The notes: generated by a model from the sequence alone, not told the origin. A stretch of DNA of 64,000 bases from an uncultured Clostridia bacterium (GCA_934756675.1 CAKVLG010000001.1:128540-192539), one strand, 5' to 3'. Shown: positions 50,093-58,959, counted from the first letter of the stretch. Numbers and translations are program-made.

Positions 50093-50821
50093 TTATGCTT
50101 GTTTCTTTTGTTCTTCTGCTTTTTTTTGCTTAGGGTTTTTAAGCTCGCTTATAAGCTCTTTTGCGTAAGCTTGCTTTTCATCGTACTCTTCTTTTGTTAT
50201 TTGGTTAGATTCTAGCAAATAATCGCCAAAATAATATGCTTGCTTTGTTTTGTTTGGTTCAACAATGTCTGACTTTTTAAACACTTTTCCAATTGTTTTG
50301 AAGAATATTTTAAAGTCCATTGCAAAGCTGCATTTTTCTGCATACTCTTTGTCGTATGCAAAAACTTCTTCCCATGTGGCGTTATTTCTGCCATTTACTT
50401 GGGCAAGACCTGTTAGCCCTGGTCTAACTTTTGACCTTGCGTTTTGTTCATCATTATAAAAAACCATGTCGCTAACAAGTTTTGGTCTTGGGCCAATAAT
50501 ACTCATGTCGCCTTTAAAGATATTCCAAAGTTGTGGAAGCTCATCAAGACTTGTTTTTCTAAGTGCACGTCCAAACTTGGTCATACGTTTTTCGTCTGGC
50601 AAAAGCTCGCCATTTTCATCGCGTTCATTGGTCATCGAACGGAATTTATAAAACTTAAATATTTTGTTATTCTTGCCTGGTCTATATTGTGCAAAGATTG
50701 CAGGGCCGCCAAGCTTAATACGAACTAAAATCGCAATAATAAGCATTAATGGCCAAAGCAATAATAATGCCAAGCCAGAAAGCAAAATATCGAAAAATCT
50801 TTTAAAAAAATGTCTATACAT
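50093..50821 (-). CDS. Monotopic phosphoglycosyl transferase (bacterial sugar transferase, WbaP C-terminal / PglC type)
   Basis: FKRFFDILLSGLALLLLWPLMLIIAILVRIKLGGPAIFAQYRPGKNNKIFKFYKFRSM...DELPQLWNIFKGDMSIIGPRP is the family core. About 45 aa of extra charged C-terminus follow. Confidence 0.88.
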   Translation of the reverse strand: MYRHFFKRFFDILLSGLALLLLWPLMLIIAILVRIKLGGPAIFAQYRPGKNNKIFKFYKFRSMTNERDENGELLPDEKRMTKFGRALRKTSLDELPQLWNIFKGDMSIIGPRPKLVSDMVFYNDEQNARSKVRPGLTGLAQVNGRNNATWEEVFAYDKEYAEKCSFAMDFKIFFKTIGKVFKKSDIVEPNKTKQAYYFGDYLLESNQITKEEYDEKQAYAKELISELKNPKQKKAEEQKKQA

Positions 50822-50863
50822 AACTTTTCCTCTGCAGTCTATTATACCATATCATGTTGCAAT

Positions 50864-51388
50864 TTACAAGTCCTTATCCAAAGTCTCAATTATGTCAGAT
50901 AAATATTGCCCTGGCATAAGCTTTATCTTTTTAACTGCCATTTTATCATTCTCGTTATCAAGGTAATACTTGTCGTAATAGTCCGAAAACCAACCAGCAA
51001 ACTCTCTGCTGTTGCCACGGTTTAACATGCGCTTAGAATATTCTTCTTTGCACTCTATGCTTGGATACACCAAAACATATGGCAGATTGTGCACACTAAT
51101 TATCCCCATGATAAATGGTTCTGGCACAACCAAAAGGGTTTTGCCCTCGTCAATCATCTTAAAAAATAGTTTAATAAAGTTTTCGGGATAGTCTTTACTT
51201 TTTTTATGGCTCTCACCTTTAAGTTTTTCGATTTGAGTTTCATCAATATCGCGTGGCAAGTCAGGGTATTTGCAAAACATCTTTTCGCGGTCAATATCGA
51301 CAAAGTTTTTATTTTGTTTTGCGAGTGTCGTTTTGCCCGTGCCAGAAGTGCACGCAATTATTTGCACATTTTGTCCGTTTATAATCAT
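50864..51388 (-). CDS. P-loop NTPase/kinase-like hypothetical protein
   Basis: Walker A CTSGTGKTT at aa 13-21, 174 aa. It has its own TGaTATAAT element 6 nt from the ATG. Confidence 0.6.
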   Translation of the reverse strand: MIINGQNVQIIACTSGTGKTTLAKQNKNFVDIDREKMFCKYPDLPRDIDETQIEKLKGESHKKSKDYPENFIKLFFKMIDEGKTLLVVPEPFIMGIISVHNLPYVLVYPSIECKEEYSKRMLNRGNSREFAGWFSDYYDKYYLDNENDKMAVKKIKLMPGQYLSDIIETLDKDL

Positions 51389-51441
51389 GCGATTATTATA
51401 TCATGCACAATAAAAAAAGCCAACCATATGGCTAACTTTTG

Positions 51442-52014
51442 TTATTTTAAAAACTCGCAGAGCGGAATGGCATTAACAATGCCCGATTGCAGATTGTCAT
51501 AAAGTTCTGACATACTTTTTTCGTTGCCGCATTGAATATTGTCTATCATTTGAATGTCAAAATATTTGCTATAATATTTTCTTAATTGTTCACCCGAAAA
51601 ACCCAACGCTTCTTCAACGCTTGGATCTAAATCAAAAAACCTTGCTTCTCCATGTTCTGTTTTTTCGACAACACCATAATGGATAATTGGCAAAGATTGA
51701 GAACCTCGAACACTTTTATCTATATCACGGCTGGCAAGCACTAGCTCGAACCTACCACATTTTTTGTTAATGGCAAAACAAACCAAACAAATATATTCAG
51801 ATAATTTTTGTGGCGAAAAGGTTTTTTCTGTCAACATGTCTGCAAGGTCTTGTTCTTCTTTAAGTGTAATTTTAAACTGTGCCTTGACTTTGTTTATTAT
51901 TTCTTCAACCGACTTTGTTTTCACGTGTTCCGCAAAACGCTCTGCCGAAAAAATGACATATTCTTTGCCGCTTTCAAATTGTTTGTATTCGCCATTTTCA
52001 CTATAATAATACAT
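51442..52014 (-). CDS. Hypothetical protein
   Basis: 190-aa ORF starting at MYYYSENGEY after an AGGAG Shine-Dalgarno sequence. No family recognised. Confidence 0.5.
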   Translation of the reverse strand: MYYYSENGEYKQFESGKEYVIFSAERFAEHVKTKSVEEIINKVKAQFKITLKEEQDLADMLTEKTFSPQKLSEYICLVCFAINKKCGRFELVLASRDIDKSVRGSQSLPIIHYGVVEKTEHGEARFFDLDPSVEEALGFSGEQLRKYYSKYFDIQMIDNIQCGNEKSMSELYDNLQSGIVNAIPLCEFLK

Positions 52015-52107
52015 ACTCGCTCCTACTTTTAGTTTAATAATTATTGTCACCTTTGTCAAATTCTAAAACATACCGCAATTTACTTATTTGAGCTGTGCTA
52101 AAGCAAC

Positions 52108-53070
52108 TTATGCTTTGACTTTCGAAAACACTTTTTTAAAATCTGTTTTGTTATAAAATGCCATATAGTTAAGCTCAAAAATACTTGGCAAGCCTTTTTG
52201 CACTAAAAGCTTATCTAGGTATTCAGAAGACGATTGGAACCTTGGGTTAATTTCCATAAAATATAAATCGTCACCTTTCATAATATAATCGACGCCGCCA
52301 ATACCACGGTAGCCTTCTTTTTGAAGTTTTTTAGCAATTTTCATTGTGCTTTTTTCAATTTTTTCTTGCATCTTTTCACTTAACAATTTATAAGCATCAA
52401 AATCCCAACCGTCGTAATTTAGCTCTTTGCCAACTTTTATGTTTTGAAACGAGCCATCGAAAATATGAATATAATTGTCAGAAATCATAAATGTATTGTT
52501 TAGCGATAATGAATTTTCTACATAGCCAGACACCGCATAAGTGATTTTGCTATCAAGTTTATTAATCACGCTGTCGCTTTCGTCAAGCAAGAATGTGCCA
52601 AAGCCAGCAAAACCAGACGGCTGTTGCACAACAAACTTGTTGAACCCATCACCAAATGCATCTTTCATCTTTTTGAATGTTATATCTCTTGCTTTGAAAT
52701 ATTTATAATTAAGGCTATTAATCTCACTAGATAAAAACTCTCTGCATTTTGGTTTGTCGTTAAGCGTTTTCACAAGTCCCAAATCATTTAAACAAACAAT
52801 TCTGTCTGTGTTTTTTATGAACTCTATAGATGCTTGGTTATATAACATAAAGTGGCAATCTTTATCTTCTTTTTCAACCTTTTTCATCATTTGTTCATAG
52901 AACTTAGATATAGCTTTAAAGTTTTTTAGGTCATTATATTCAAGTTTCTTTTTATAAATATTTTCGTAGCAAATGTCATTGCTGTCGCCACCTTCAAGCA
53001 CAATTAACTTATTAAAAAAGTGACTGTTTTGCACAAGTTTTTTCTTTAACCCCAAGTAATATATTCCCAT
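52108..53070 (-). CDS. ATP-grasp domain protein (carboxylate-amine ligase-like)
   Basis: The C-terminal GYRGIGGVDYIMKGDDLYFMEINPRFQSS is the ATP-grasp Mg/ATP-binding loop pattern (E-x-N). 320 aa. Confidence 0.75.
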   Translation of the reverse strand: MGIYYLGLKKKLVQNSHFFNKLIVLEGGDSNDICYENIYKKKLEYNDLKNFKAISKFYEQMMKKVEKEDKDCHFMLYNQASIEFIKNTDRIVCLNDLGLVKTLNDKPKCREFLSSEINSLNYKYFKARDITFKKMKDAFGDGFNKFVVQQPSGFAGFGTFLLDESDSVINKLDSKITYAVSGYVENSLSLNNTFMISDNYIHIFDGSFQNIKVGKELNYDGWDFDAYKLLSEKMQEKIEKSTMKIAKKLQKEGYRGIGGVDYIMKGDDLYFMEINPRFQSSSEYLDKLLVQKGLPSIFELNYMAFYNKTDFKKVFSKVKA

Positions 53071-53185
53071 AAATATCCCCTGTTACCTTTTATTTTATTT
53101 ATATTATCACAGCAATTAAAAATTTCAAAACAAAAACTAATCAATAATTATATTGCAACAAAAAAGACGCCCTTGCGGCGCCAAT

Positions 53186-53836
53186 TTATTTTTTAGATTT
53201 TTTAGCTTTTGCTGGCTTTTCTTCTTTTGTTTCAACTGGTGTAACTTCAGTTGTTGTAGCATTTGCTTGCAACAAAAGTCTGATGTCTTTTAAGATGTCA
53301 TCAGTTGTTTCAACTTTTGGTTTAGCAGCTTCTTCTGCTTCTATTCTTGCTTTTTCTGCAGCTTCCTTTTCTGCTATATGGTTTGCCCAAGCCTTTTTAA
53401 AACTAATTTTCTTTTCACGGGCAAGTTTGCGAACTTCTTGTTTTTCTTGTCTTAATGATTTATTTTTTGCTTCTTCGACAGCATCTTTAAACATCTTGTC
53501 TGCACGCATAAACGCCTTTAAGATTAAAAACAATACAAATGCAATAATAAAGAAGTTGATGATTGCTGTGATAAATGATCCCCAATCAATATAAATACTT
53601 TTTTGTAAATCTATTGTTCCATCTGTTTTATAAACAGTTTTTAAAAATGTGTAAGCTTTTTCAAGCCCGTTTTCGCCACCAATCGAAAGTAAAAGATTGA
53701 TAAATGGCATAATAATCTTGTTTGTAAGAGCTGTTACAATCGTGCTAAAAGCACCACCAATAATTACGCCGACAGCCATGTCTACAATGTTACCACGGCT
53801 AATAAATTTTTTAAATTCAGCAAAAAATTTCTTCAT
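53186..53836 (-). CDS. mscL: Large-conductance mechanosensitive channel MscL with an extended charged C-terminus
   Basis: The N-terminus FKKFISRGNIVDMAVGVIIGGAFSTIVTALTNKIIMPFI is the MscL core. Total length is 216 aa; MscL is usually ~130-150 aa. Confidence 0.9.
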   Translation of the reverse strand: MKKFFAEFKKFISRGNIVDMAVGVIIGGAFSTIVTALTNKIIMPFINLLLSIGGENGLEKAYTFLKTVYKTDGTIDLQKSIYIDWGSFITAIINFFIIAFVLFLILKAFMRADKMFKDAVEEAKNKSLRQEKQEVRKLAREKKISFKKAWANHIAEKEAAEKARIEAEEAAKPKVETTDDILKDIRLLLQANATTTEVTPVETKEEKPAKAKKSKK

Positions 53837-53976
53837 AATTTTCTCCTTAGTTACTAGACGTATTATACAACTAGCAGCAATAAATTATCAAGTGAAAAAA
53901 AGAGCTAACACATAAATTTTTGTTTTTTGGGTAAATTGTTGAGAAATAATTTTCCGTGTGTTATAATAAGCCTGTT

Positions 53977-54064
53977 GGAAGCGTGTCAGAGTGGTCTAAT
54001 GTGCTCGTCTCGAAAACGAGTGTCCTGAAAGGGACCGGCGGTTCGAATCCGCCCGCTTCCGCCA
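53977..54064 (+). tRNA. tRNA-Ser (anticodon CGA), CCA encoded
   Basis: 88 nt, acceptor ggaagcg/cgcttcc, anticodon stem ctcgt/acgag with loop CTCGAAA, long variable arm (tgtcctgaaagggaccg), T-loop GGTTCGAATCC. A TTGAGA-17-TGtTATAAT promoter lies upstream and a hairpin terminator downstream. Confidence 0.92.
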
Positions 54065-54104
54065 AGTAAAAAAGAAAAGTCTAGCGGCTTTTCTTTTTAT
54101 TTGT

Positions 54105-54167
54105 AATGATATTTCCTAACGAAAATGATATTCATTTTATGAATGATATTGCTAACGCAATGATATT
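54105..54167 (+). repeat. Four direct copies of AATGATATT spaced 17-19 bp apart
   Basis: Copies lie at 54105, 54124, 54142 and 54159. Two share the longer unit CTAACG(N)AA(A)ATGATATT. The array is bracketed by gtaatg (54103) and cattac (54174). Confidence 0.6.
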
Positions 54168-54296
54168 TTGTCGCATTACCATACATTCATGCAACAAAAT
54201 TTAAATAAATGTTTCTCTTCAAATATCGCAAAATACAATAGTTTTCTTGACCATACCCCTATCTTTTAATATAATGCAATTATAAGGAAAAATTAT

Positions 54297-54740
54297 ATGA
54301 TTATACGTTTTGCTAAGTTAGAAGAATTAGATGCCATTTTAAGACTAAACGAAGAATTTTGTAAGGAAAATTGTTGCAACGCTATAATTACCGACAACAT
54401 AGATTTTTTTAAATCAAAAAACATCTTAGTAGCAATTATCGACGGTTTAATTTGTGGATACGCTTATGGCGATATAAATGGCGCAACAAAAACAACCACA
54501 TATCATAAAAAAGATGACAAAATATTTTATCTAGAAGAGTTGTATGTGAAAAAACAATTTAGAAATAAACATATTGGCACTAAACTGTTTGAATATCTTG
54601 AACAATATGCAAAAGATAATCATTGCAAAGGCATTGAACTTAATGCCTCTTCAAAAGATTATAAGAAACTACTTCATTTTTACATAGACGAACTTGGCAT
54701 GTCATTCTTTAGTGCTTTTTTATATAAAAAATTAAATTAG
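54297..54740 (+). CDS. GNAT-family N-acetyltransferase
   Basis: Acetyl-CoA binding motif A: LEELYVKKQFRNKHIGTKLFEYLEQYAK. 147 aa. Confidence 0.85.
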   Translation: MIIRFAKLEELDAILRLNEEFCKENCCNAIITDNIDFFKSKNILVAIIDGLICGYAYGDINGATKTTTYHKKDDKIFYLEELYVKKQFRNKHIGTKLFEYLEQYAKDNHCKGIELNASSKDYKKLLHFYIDELGMSFFSAFLYKKLN

Positions 54741-54775
54741 AGTATAAAAAACGACCCCGCAATTGGGGTCGGTTT

Positions 54776-55660
54776 TTATCTTTTCGTTGCACCGCAACTT
54801 GGACATTTATCAGAATTTTCTTTTAATGCCGTCCCACAATAAGGGCATGTTGGTCCTTTTGCTGCGATAGCCGCTTTCTTTTCTTCGTGTTTAAGCTCAT
54901 TTTTAATTATTATATTTTGTTCGTGGTATACTTCTCTAGATTTTATAATAAGCAATACAAGTAATACTAGCGATACACCAGCAACCACACCAAACATAGT
55001 AGCTTTTGTTTTTTCAGAATTTCTCATTTTAACCAAGTATCTATATTCTGCATTTTGGGCAACGTAATCAGAGTTGATTGAATATCCATCATCATCTACC
55101 TTGATTTTTATTTTTCCAGTTCTACCACCTTTCGCATTGATTTCAGCTTGAGTGTATTGTGCATATGTTTCACCAGAATATTTTATTCCAGTAGCGTCCA
55201 TAACCTGATACGTCACATAATAATAAACAACACCGTCTAGCTTACAATATTCTTTAACAAAAACAATATCTGCTTCATGTTCTTCTCCATTTTGTGCAAG
55301 TGCCGTATAGAATGACATATCGTTTTCCATTATTTGAACAGCATCTCTATTCTTGTTAAACGAAAAAACATTGCCTATACAGAAACCAATCATAAATAAT
55401 AGCAACAAAGATATTAATGTAATATATAATCCATATTTTTCTTTTTTCTCATTTGCTGCTCTAATAACTGGGTTTTTATTTTGTTTCATTGTTTCGTCGT
55501 TCTCAGACGAGCCGCCACCAAAACCACCGCCAAAAATGAATATATTTCTATTTCCACTACCTCTAGAGCCTCCCCAACTGCGAGAACCACCGCGAGAACC
55601 ACCGCTATAGCCACCGCTTGAACTTCCTCCAAAACTACCATGTTGTGGACCTACTGGCAT
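54776..55660 (-). CDS. Hypothetical membrane protein with a Gly/Ser/Arg-rich N-terminus and a C-terminal zinc ribbon
   Basis: The N-terminal ~55 aa are low-complexity GGS/GSR. There are two TM helices. The C-terminus is CPYCGTALKENSDKCPSCG (a CxxC...CxxC ribbon). Confidence 0.6.
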   Translation of the reverse strand: MPVGPQHGSFGGSSSGGYSGGSRGGSRSWGGSRGSGNRNIFIFGGGFGGGSSENDETMKQNKNPVIRAANEKKEKYGLYITLISLLLLFMIGFCIGNVFSFNKNRDAVQIMENDMSFYTALAQNGEEHEADIVFVKEYCKLDGVVYYYVTYQVMDATGIKYSGETYAQYTQAEINAKGGRTGKIKIKVDDDGYSINSDYVAQNAEYRYLVKMRNSEKTKATMFGVVAGVSLVLLVLLIIKSREVYHEQNIIIKNELKHEEKKAAIAAKGPTCPYCGTALKENSDKCPSCGATKR

Positions 55661-55672
55661 GTTATTTTCCTC

Positions 55673-57097
55673 CTATTGTTTATTTTTTATTATTTCGTAG
55701 CCATTCGCATTATCGCGAATAACATATCCTTTTTCTTCGAGTTTTGCACGCAATAAATCTGCATTTGCCCAATCTTTGTTTATCTTTGCTTGCCAACGTT
55801 GTTTTGCAAGTTCCTGAATTTCATTTGGTACAATATTTTCTACTTTTTTAACTTCACTAAACTTCAAGCCAAGTACTTCTTCACCAAGCTGAAATACCAA
55901 AGTGTTAAGTTGCTCCAAAACATTCTTATCGCCGGAATTGACAGCCGCCATAATCATTTTTTGAAGTTTGATAAATTCACTTATTGCAACCGGCGAGTTA
56001 AAATCGTCGTCCATTGCCTTGATGAATGCATTTTTAAGATTAACAAGTTCTGGAATTGTTACGTTAACCTTATTATTCGTAATCTCACGCAATTTGCAAA
56101 CTGCTGCATTGATTTTGTCGTATTGATTTTTAGCAATTAATAATGCATTGTCTGAAAAATCCACATTTGATCTATAGTGCGAGCAAAGAATTAAGTATCT
56201 AATTACCATTGGGTCGTACTTTTTATATAGATCAAGTAATGTTGCAGAATTGCCAAGACTCTTGCCCATTTTTGTTCCATTGACTGTGACAAGCCCATTA
56301 TGCATAAAAAAGTTCATTGGAATATGACCATTTAATACATCTGCTTGTGCACATTCGCATTCGTGATGTGGAAAAATATTATCTATACCACCGCCATGAA
56401 TATCAAAGTGTTCGCCCAAAAACTTACGGCCAAGCACAGTACACTCTATGTGCCAGCCTGGGCAACCTTGCCCCCATGGAGATTGCCATTTCATAAGAGC
56501 ATCGTCGCCAACGCTCTTCCAAAGAGCAAAATCTTCGTTATGTTTTTTATCTGATGCAATTTCAATACGTTCACCGCTAAGATTTTTGTCTAGTGTGCGG
56601 TTAGAAAGCTGACCGTATTTTGGGTATTTATATACATCAAAATACACGTTGCCGTCTTTTGTAACATATGCATAGCCTTTGTTTATTATCTCTTGCACAG
56701 CTGCAATCATATCATAGACAAAACCAGTAGCTCTACAAGAAATGCTAGGACGCAAAATATTCAACTTATCCATAGCGTTAAAATATTCAACTTCATATTT
56801 ATATGCTATTTCATATGCGTCTAATTGTTCAATCTTTGCTTGCTTTGCAATTTTATCTTGCCCGTCATCGCTATCGCCAACAAGGTGACCAACATCTGTG
56901 ATATTTTGAACGTATTTAACTTTAAAGCCCTTATATCGCAAATATCTGTTAATTAGGTCAAAACTTGTGTAGCTTTTTGCGTGCCCCAAATGTGGCAAAC
57001 CATAAACTGTAGGGCCGCAAACATACATACCAACATGACCATTAATAACTGGCACAAACTCTTGCTTTTTGCGTGTAAATGTATTGTAAATTTTCAT
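55673..57097 (-). CDS. cysS: Cysteine--tRNA ligase
   Basis: HIGH-type motif LPHLGHAKSY, the CPGWHIEC zinc site and the KMSKS-type motif KMGKSLGN. 474 aa. Confidence 0.95.
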   Translation of the reverse strand: MKIYNTFTRKKQEFVPVINGHVGMYVCGPTVYGLPHLGHAKSYTSFDLINRYLRYKGFKVKYVQNITDVGHLVGDSDDGQDKIAKQAKIEQLDAYEIAYKYEVEYFNAMDKLNILRPSISCRATGFVYDMIAAVQEIINKGYAYVTKDGNVYFDVYKYPKYGQLSNRTLDKNLSGERIEIASDKKHNEDFALWKSVGDDALMKWQSPWGQGCPGWHIECTVLGRKFLGEHFDIHGGGIDNIFPHHECECAQADVLNGHIPMNFFMHNGLVTVNGTKMGKSLGNSATLLDLYKKYDPMVIRYLILCSHYRSNVDFSDNALLIAKNQYDKINAAVCKLREITNNKVNVTIPELVNLKNAFIKAMDDDFNSPVAISEFIKLQKMIMAAVNSGDKNVLEQLNTLVFQLGEEVLGLKFSEVKKVENIVPNEIQELAKQRWQAKINKDWANADLLRAKLEEKGYVIRDNANGYEIIKNKQ

Positions 57098-57153
57098 AAA
57101 GCTCGTCCTCTACTTTCAGTATATACATTGCACATCTCGTTGTCAAATATAAT

Positions 57154-57181
57154 TAAAAAAAACAAGGGGGTTGCCCTTGTT
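57154..57181 (-). terminator. Rho-independent terminator of the twin R-x4-H gene
   Basis: aacaaggg-ggtt-gcccttgtt hairpin overlapping the stop codon, followed on the minus strand by T7. Confidence 0.65.
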
Positions 57182-58949
57182 ATTCTGGTTGATCTTCATC
57201 AATATTTTTTGTGCGAGCTGTTTTCTTTCTTTTTCCATCTTCGTCCGCATCTTCGAAAAATGCTTCGCTACCAAATAGATTTACAAAATTGCCAAGCGAA
57301 CCCGTAACAAAACTGCGTTCGTTCCCGTTTTCGTCAATACTAACAAACTTCATTTCAATGTTAGATATATTTTTACTCTTTTTTGAATTCAAACAATATG
57401 AATTATTATTGTGCGAAAGTGAATGTCTGATTGTTTTTAGCACGTATATTTTTTCCATATCAGTTAAATTTTCTTTCTTGGTAGACTTATCATGTCTGTA
57501 TGTAATACCAGAAAAATCCATTTTATCTAGTGTCTTTTTTAAAACTGGCGAGATATCTTTTTCTGTGTAACAATTAGTCAAATACAGTTCGTGATAATAG
57601 CTTGTTACCAAACTGTTATATCCAAGCAAATAAGTGAGTTCAACAGCCATTTCAACGTTCAAAGCTTTTGCATCGACAAGGTCAAACATTTCAAGATTAT
57701 CGGTAACAGACTTGCTATCTTTGTCTAGTTTATCAAAAAATGCTTTTGTCTTTTTTAGTGTTGCCAAAGCTTCTTCTGCCACTCTGTCTTTTCCAAAAAG
57801 TGGAACTTTACCAGTTGCATCTTTAAGCATTTGATTGACACGTTTCAATTCTTCTAGACTTTCAGCTATTTCTTTTTGGTTTAAATCTTTTGCATATTCA
57901 CTTTCATCTATACCACGGCGCTTAAGTTCTTTTGCAACGGCTTGTTGAAGATTGTATATAAGTTTAGGATTTTCTTTACCAAATGCACCTGACGTATAGC
58001 TTGGGTTGTTCAAAATTGCCGCTGCAATTATATCTGCCTTTTGCTCAAAATTATAACCTTTGTAAAAATCATCATAATAATTGATACGTTCTTTTAAAAA
58101 GTTAACAAGTCTAAAGTGTTGATCTGTAATTTTGCTCGTGTATTCTTTTATATTTCTAAGAGCATTTATAACATCATCAAAAGATTCGAGATAATTACCT
58201 TGAACTGCACATTGTGCAAACAAATCTTCACGCAATTTTTTGTGATCTTGATAGAGTGTATTGCGGGCAAAAGTTTCAAACAATCCGCGGAGCCACATAC
58301 GTGAAGCAACTATCTTCATATCTTTGCCTAAAAATACAATTTTACCACTCGTGTCTACGAATGGAGCAACATGTGCAATACAGTTTCTAATTTCAATTAA
58401 AAGTTTTCTACCGTCAATTGTAGCTCTGTCCAAGCTGTCATCATTAATTGTAACATCTAGTTCTGGTGTGACTAATTCAACAGAATTAACAAACTTTAAC
58501 TTACCGTCTTGAAACTTTCTTTCACCCGTTTGTAAATAATACTTGCTGTCTTTAACTTCGCGAAGCTTGTATCTATTGCGGTAACCAGCTATTTTCTTTA
58601 AACCAAATTTAGCAAGAAATTCTACAACATCTGGATTTTCGATATAGTTTAAAGTAAATATGCCACTCGCCATTTTATCGCATTCTTCTTCTGTTAAATT
58701 ATCAATAATATTGTCTTTATTGTTTAACACAATATATGCTGTCGAATATAGCCAAAAATCTTTTAAAACCATATCACCAATGCCCGACAAGTCGACATCG
58801 CTAGCAAACCCATCAACCGATACACCTTGTGAAAGTTTTTTTATCAATTTATTTTGTTCTCTTGCAACCATGCAGCAAAGAGCCCTTAATCTTTTTTCTA
58901 TTTCTTCTCCACTTTCAATTTTTTCTTCTCTATTTTTCATTTCTTCCAT
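57180..58949 (-). CDS. Uncharacterised 589-aa protein with two R-x4-H motifs (candidate twin-HEPN RNase)
   Basis: It is a clean 589-aa ORF with its own promoter and terminator. The motifs are IEIRNCIAHV (R188-H193) and KTIRHSLSHN (R508-H513). The functional call is inference from motifs only. Confidence 0.5.
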   Translation of the reverse strand: MEEMKNREEKIESGEEIEKRLRALCCMVAREQNKLIKKLSQGVSVDGFASDVDLSGIGDMVLKDFWLYSTAYIVLNNKDNIIDNLTEEECDKMASGIFTLNYIENPDVVEFLAKFGLKKIAGYRNRYKLREVKDSKYYLQTGERKFQDGKLKFVNSVELVTPELDVTINDDSLDRATIDGRKLLIEIRNCIAHVAPFVDTSGKIVFLGKDMKIVASRMWLRGLFETFARNTLYQDHKKLREDLFAQCAVQGNYLESFDDVINALRNIKEYTSKITDQHFRLVNFLKERINYYDDFYKGYNFEQKADIIAAAILNNPSYTSGAFGKENPKLIYNLQQAVAKELKRRGIDESEYAKDLNQKEIAESLEELKRVNQMLKDATGKVPLFGKDRVAEEALATLKKTKAFFDKLDKDSKSVTDNLEMFDLVDAKALNVEMAVELTYLLGYNSLVTSYYHELYLTNCYTEKDISPVLKKTLDKMDFSGITYRHDKSTKKENLTDMEKIYVLKTIRHSLSHNNNSYCLNSKKSKNISNIEMKFVSIDENGNERSFVTGSLGNFVNLFGSEAFFEDADEDGKRKKTARTKNIDEDQPE

Positions 58950-58959
58950 AGCGATAGCT

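Noticed and set aside
54106-54204. 32-codon ORF (MIFPNENDIHFMNDIANAMIFCRITIHSCNKI) spanning the AATGATATT repeats
   Set aside because: It has no ribosome-binding site or promoter. Its repetitive NDI/MIF peptide pattern is a by-product of the DNA repeats.
57098-57179. Possible T-box leader upstream of cysS
   Set aside because: Only 82 nt separate cysS from the upstream gene. This space is occupied by that gene's terminator, a short promoter region and a Shine-Dalgarno sequence. There is no room for, or sign of, a specifier-loop/T-box structure.
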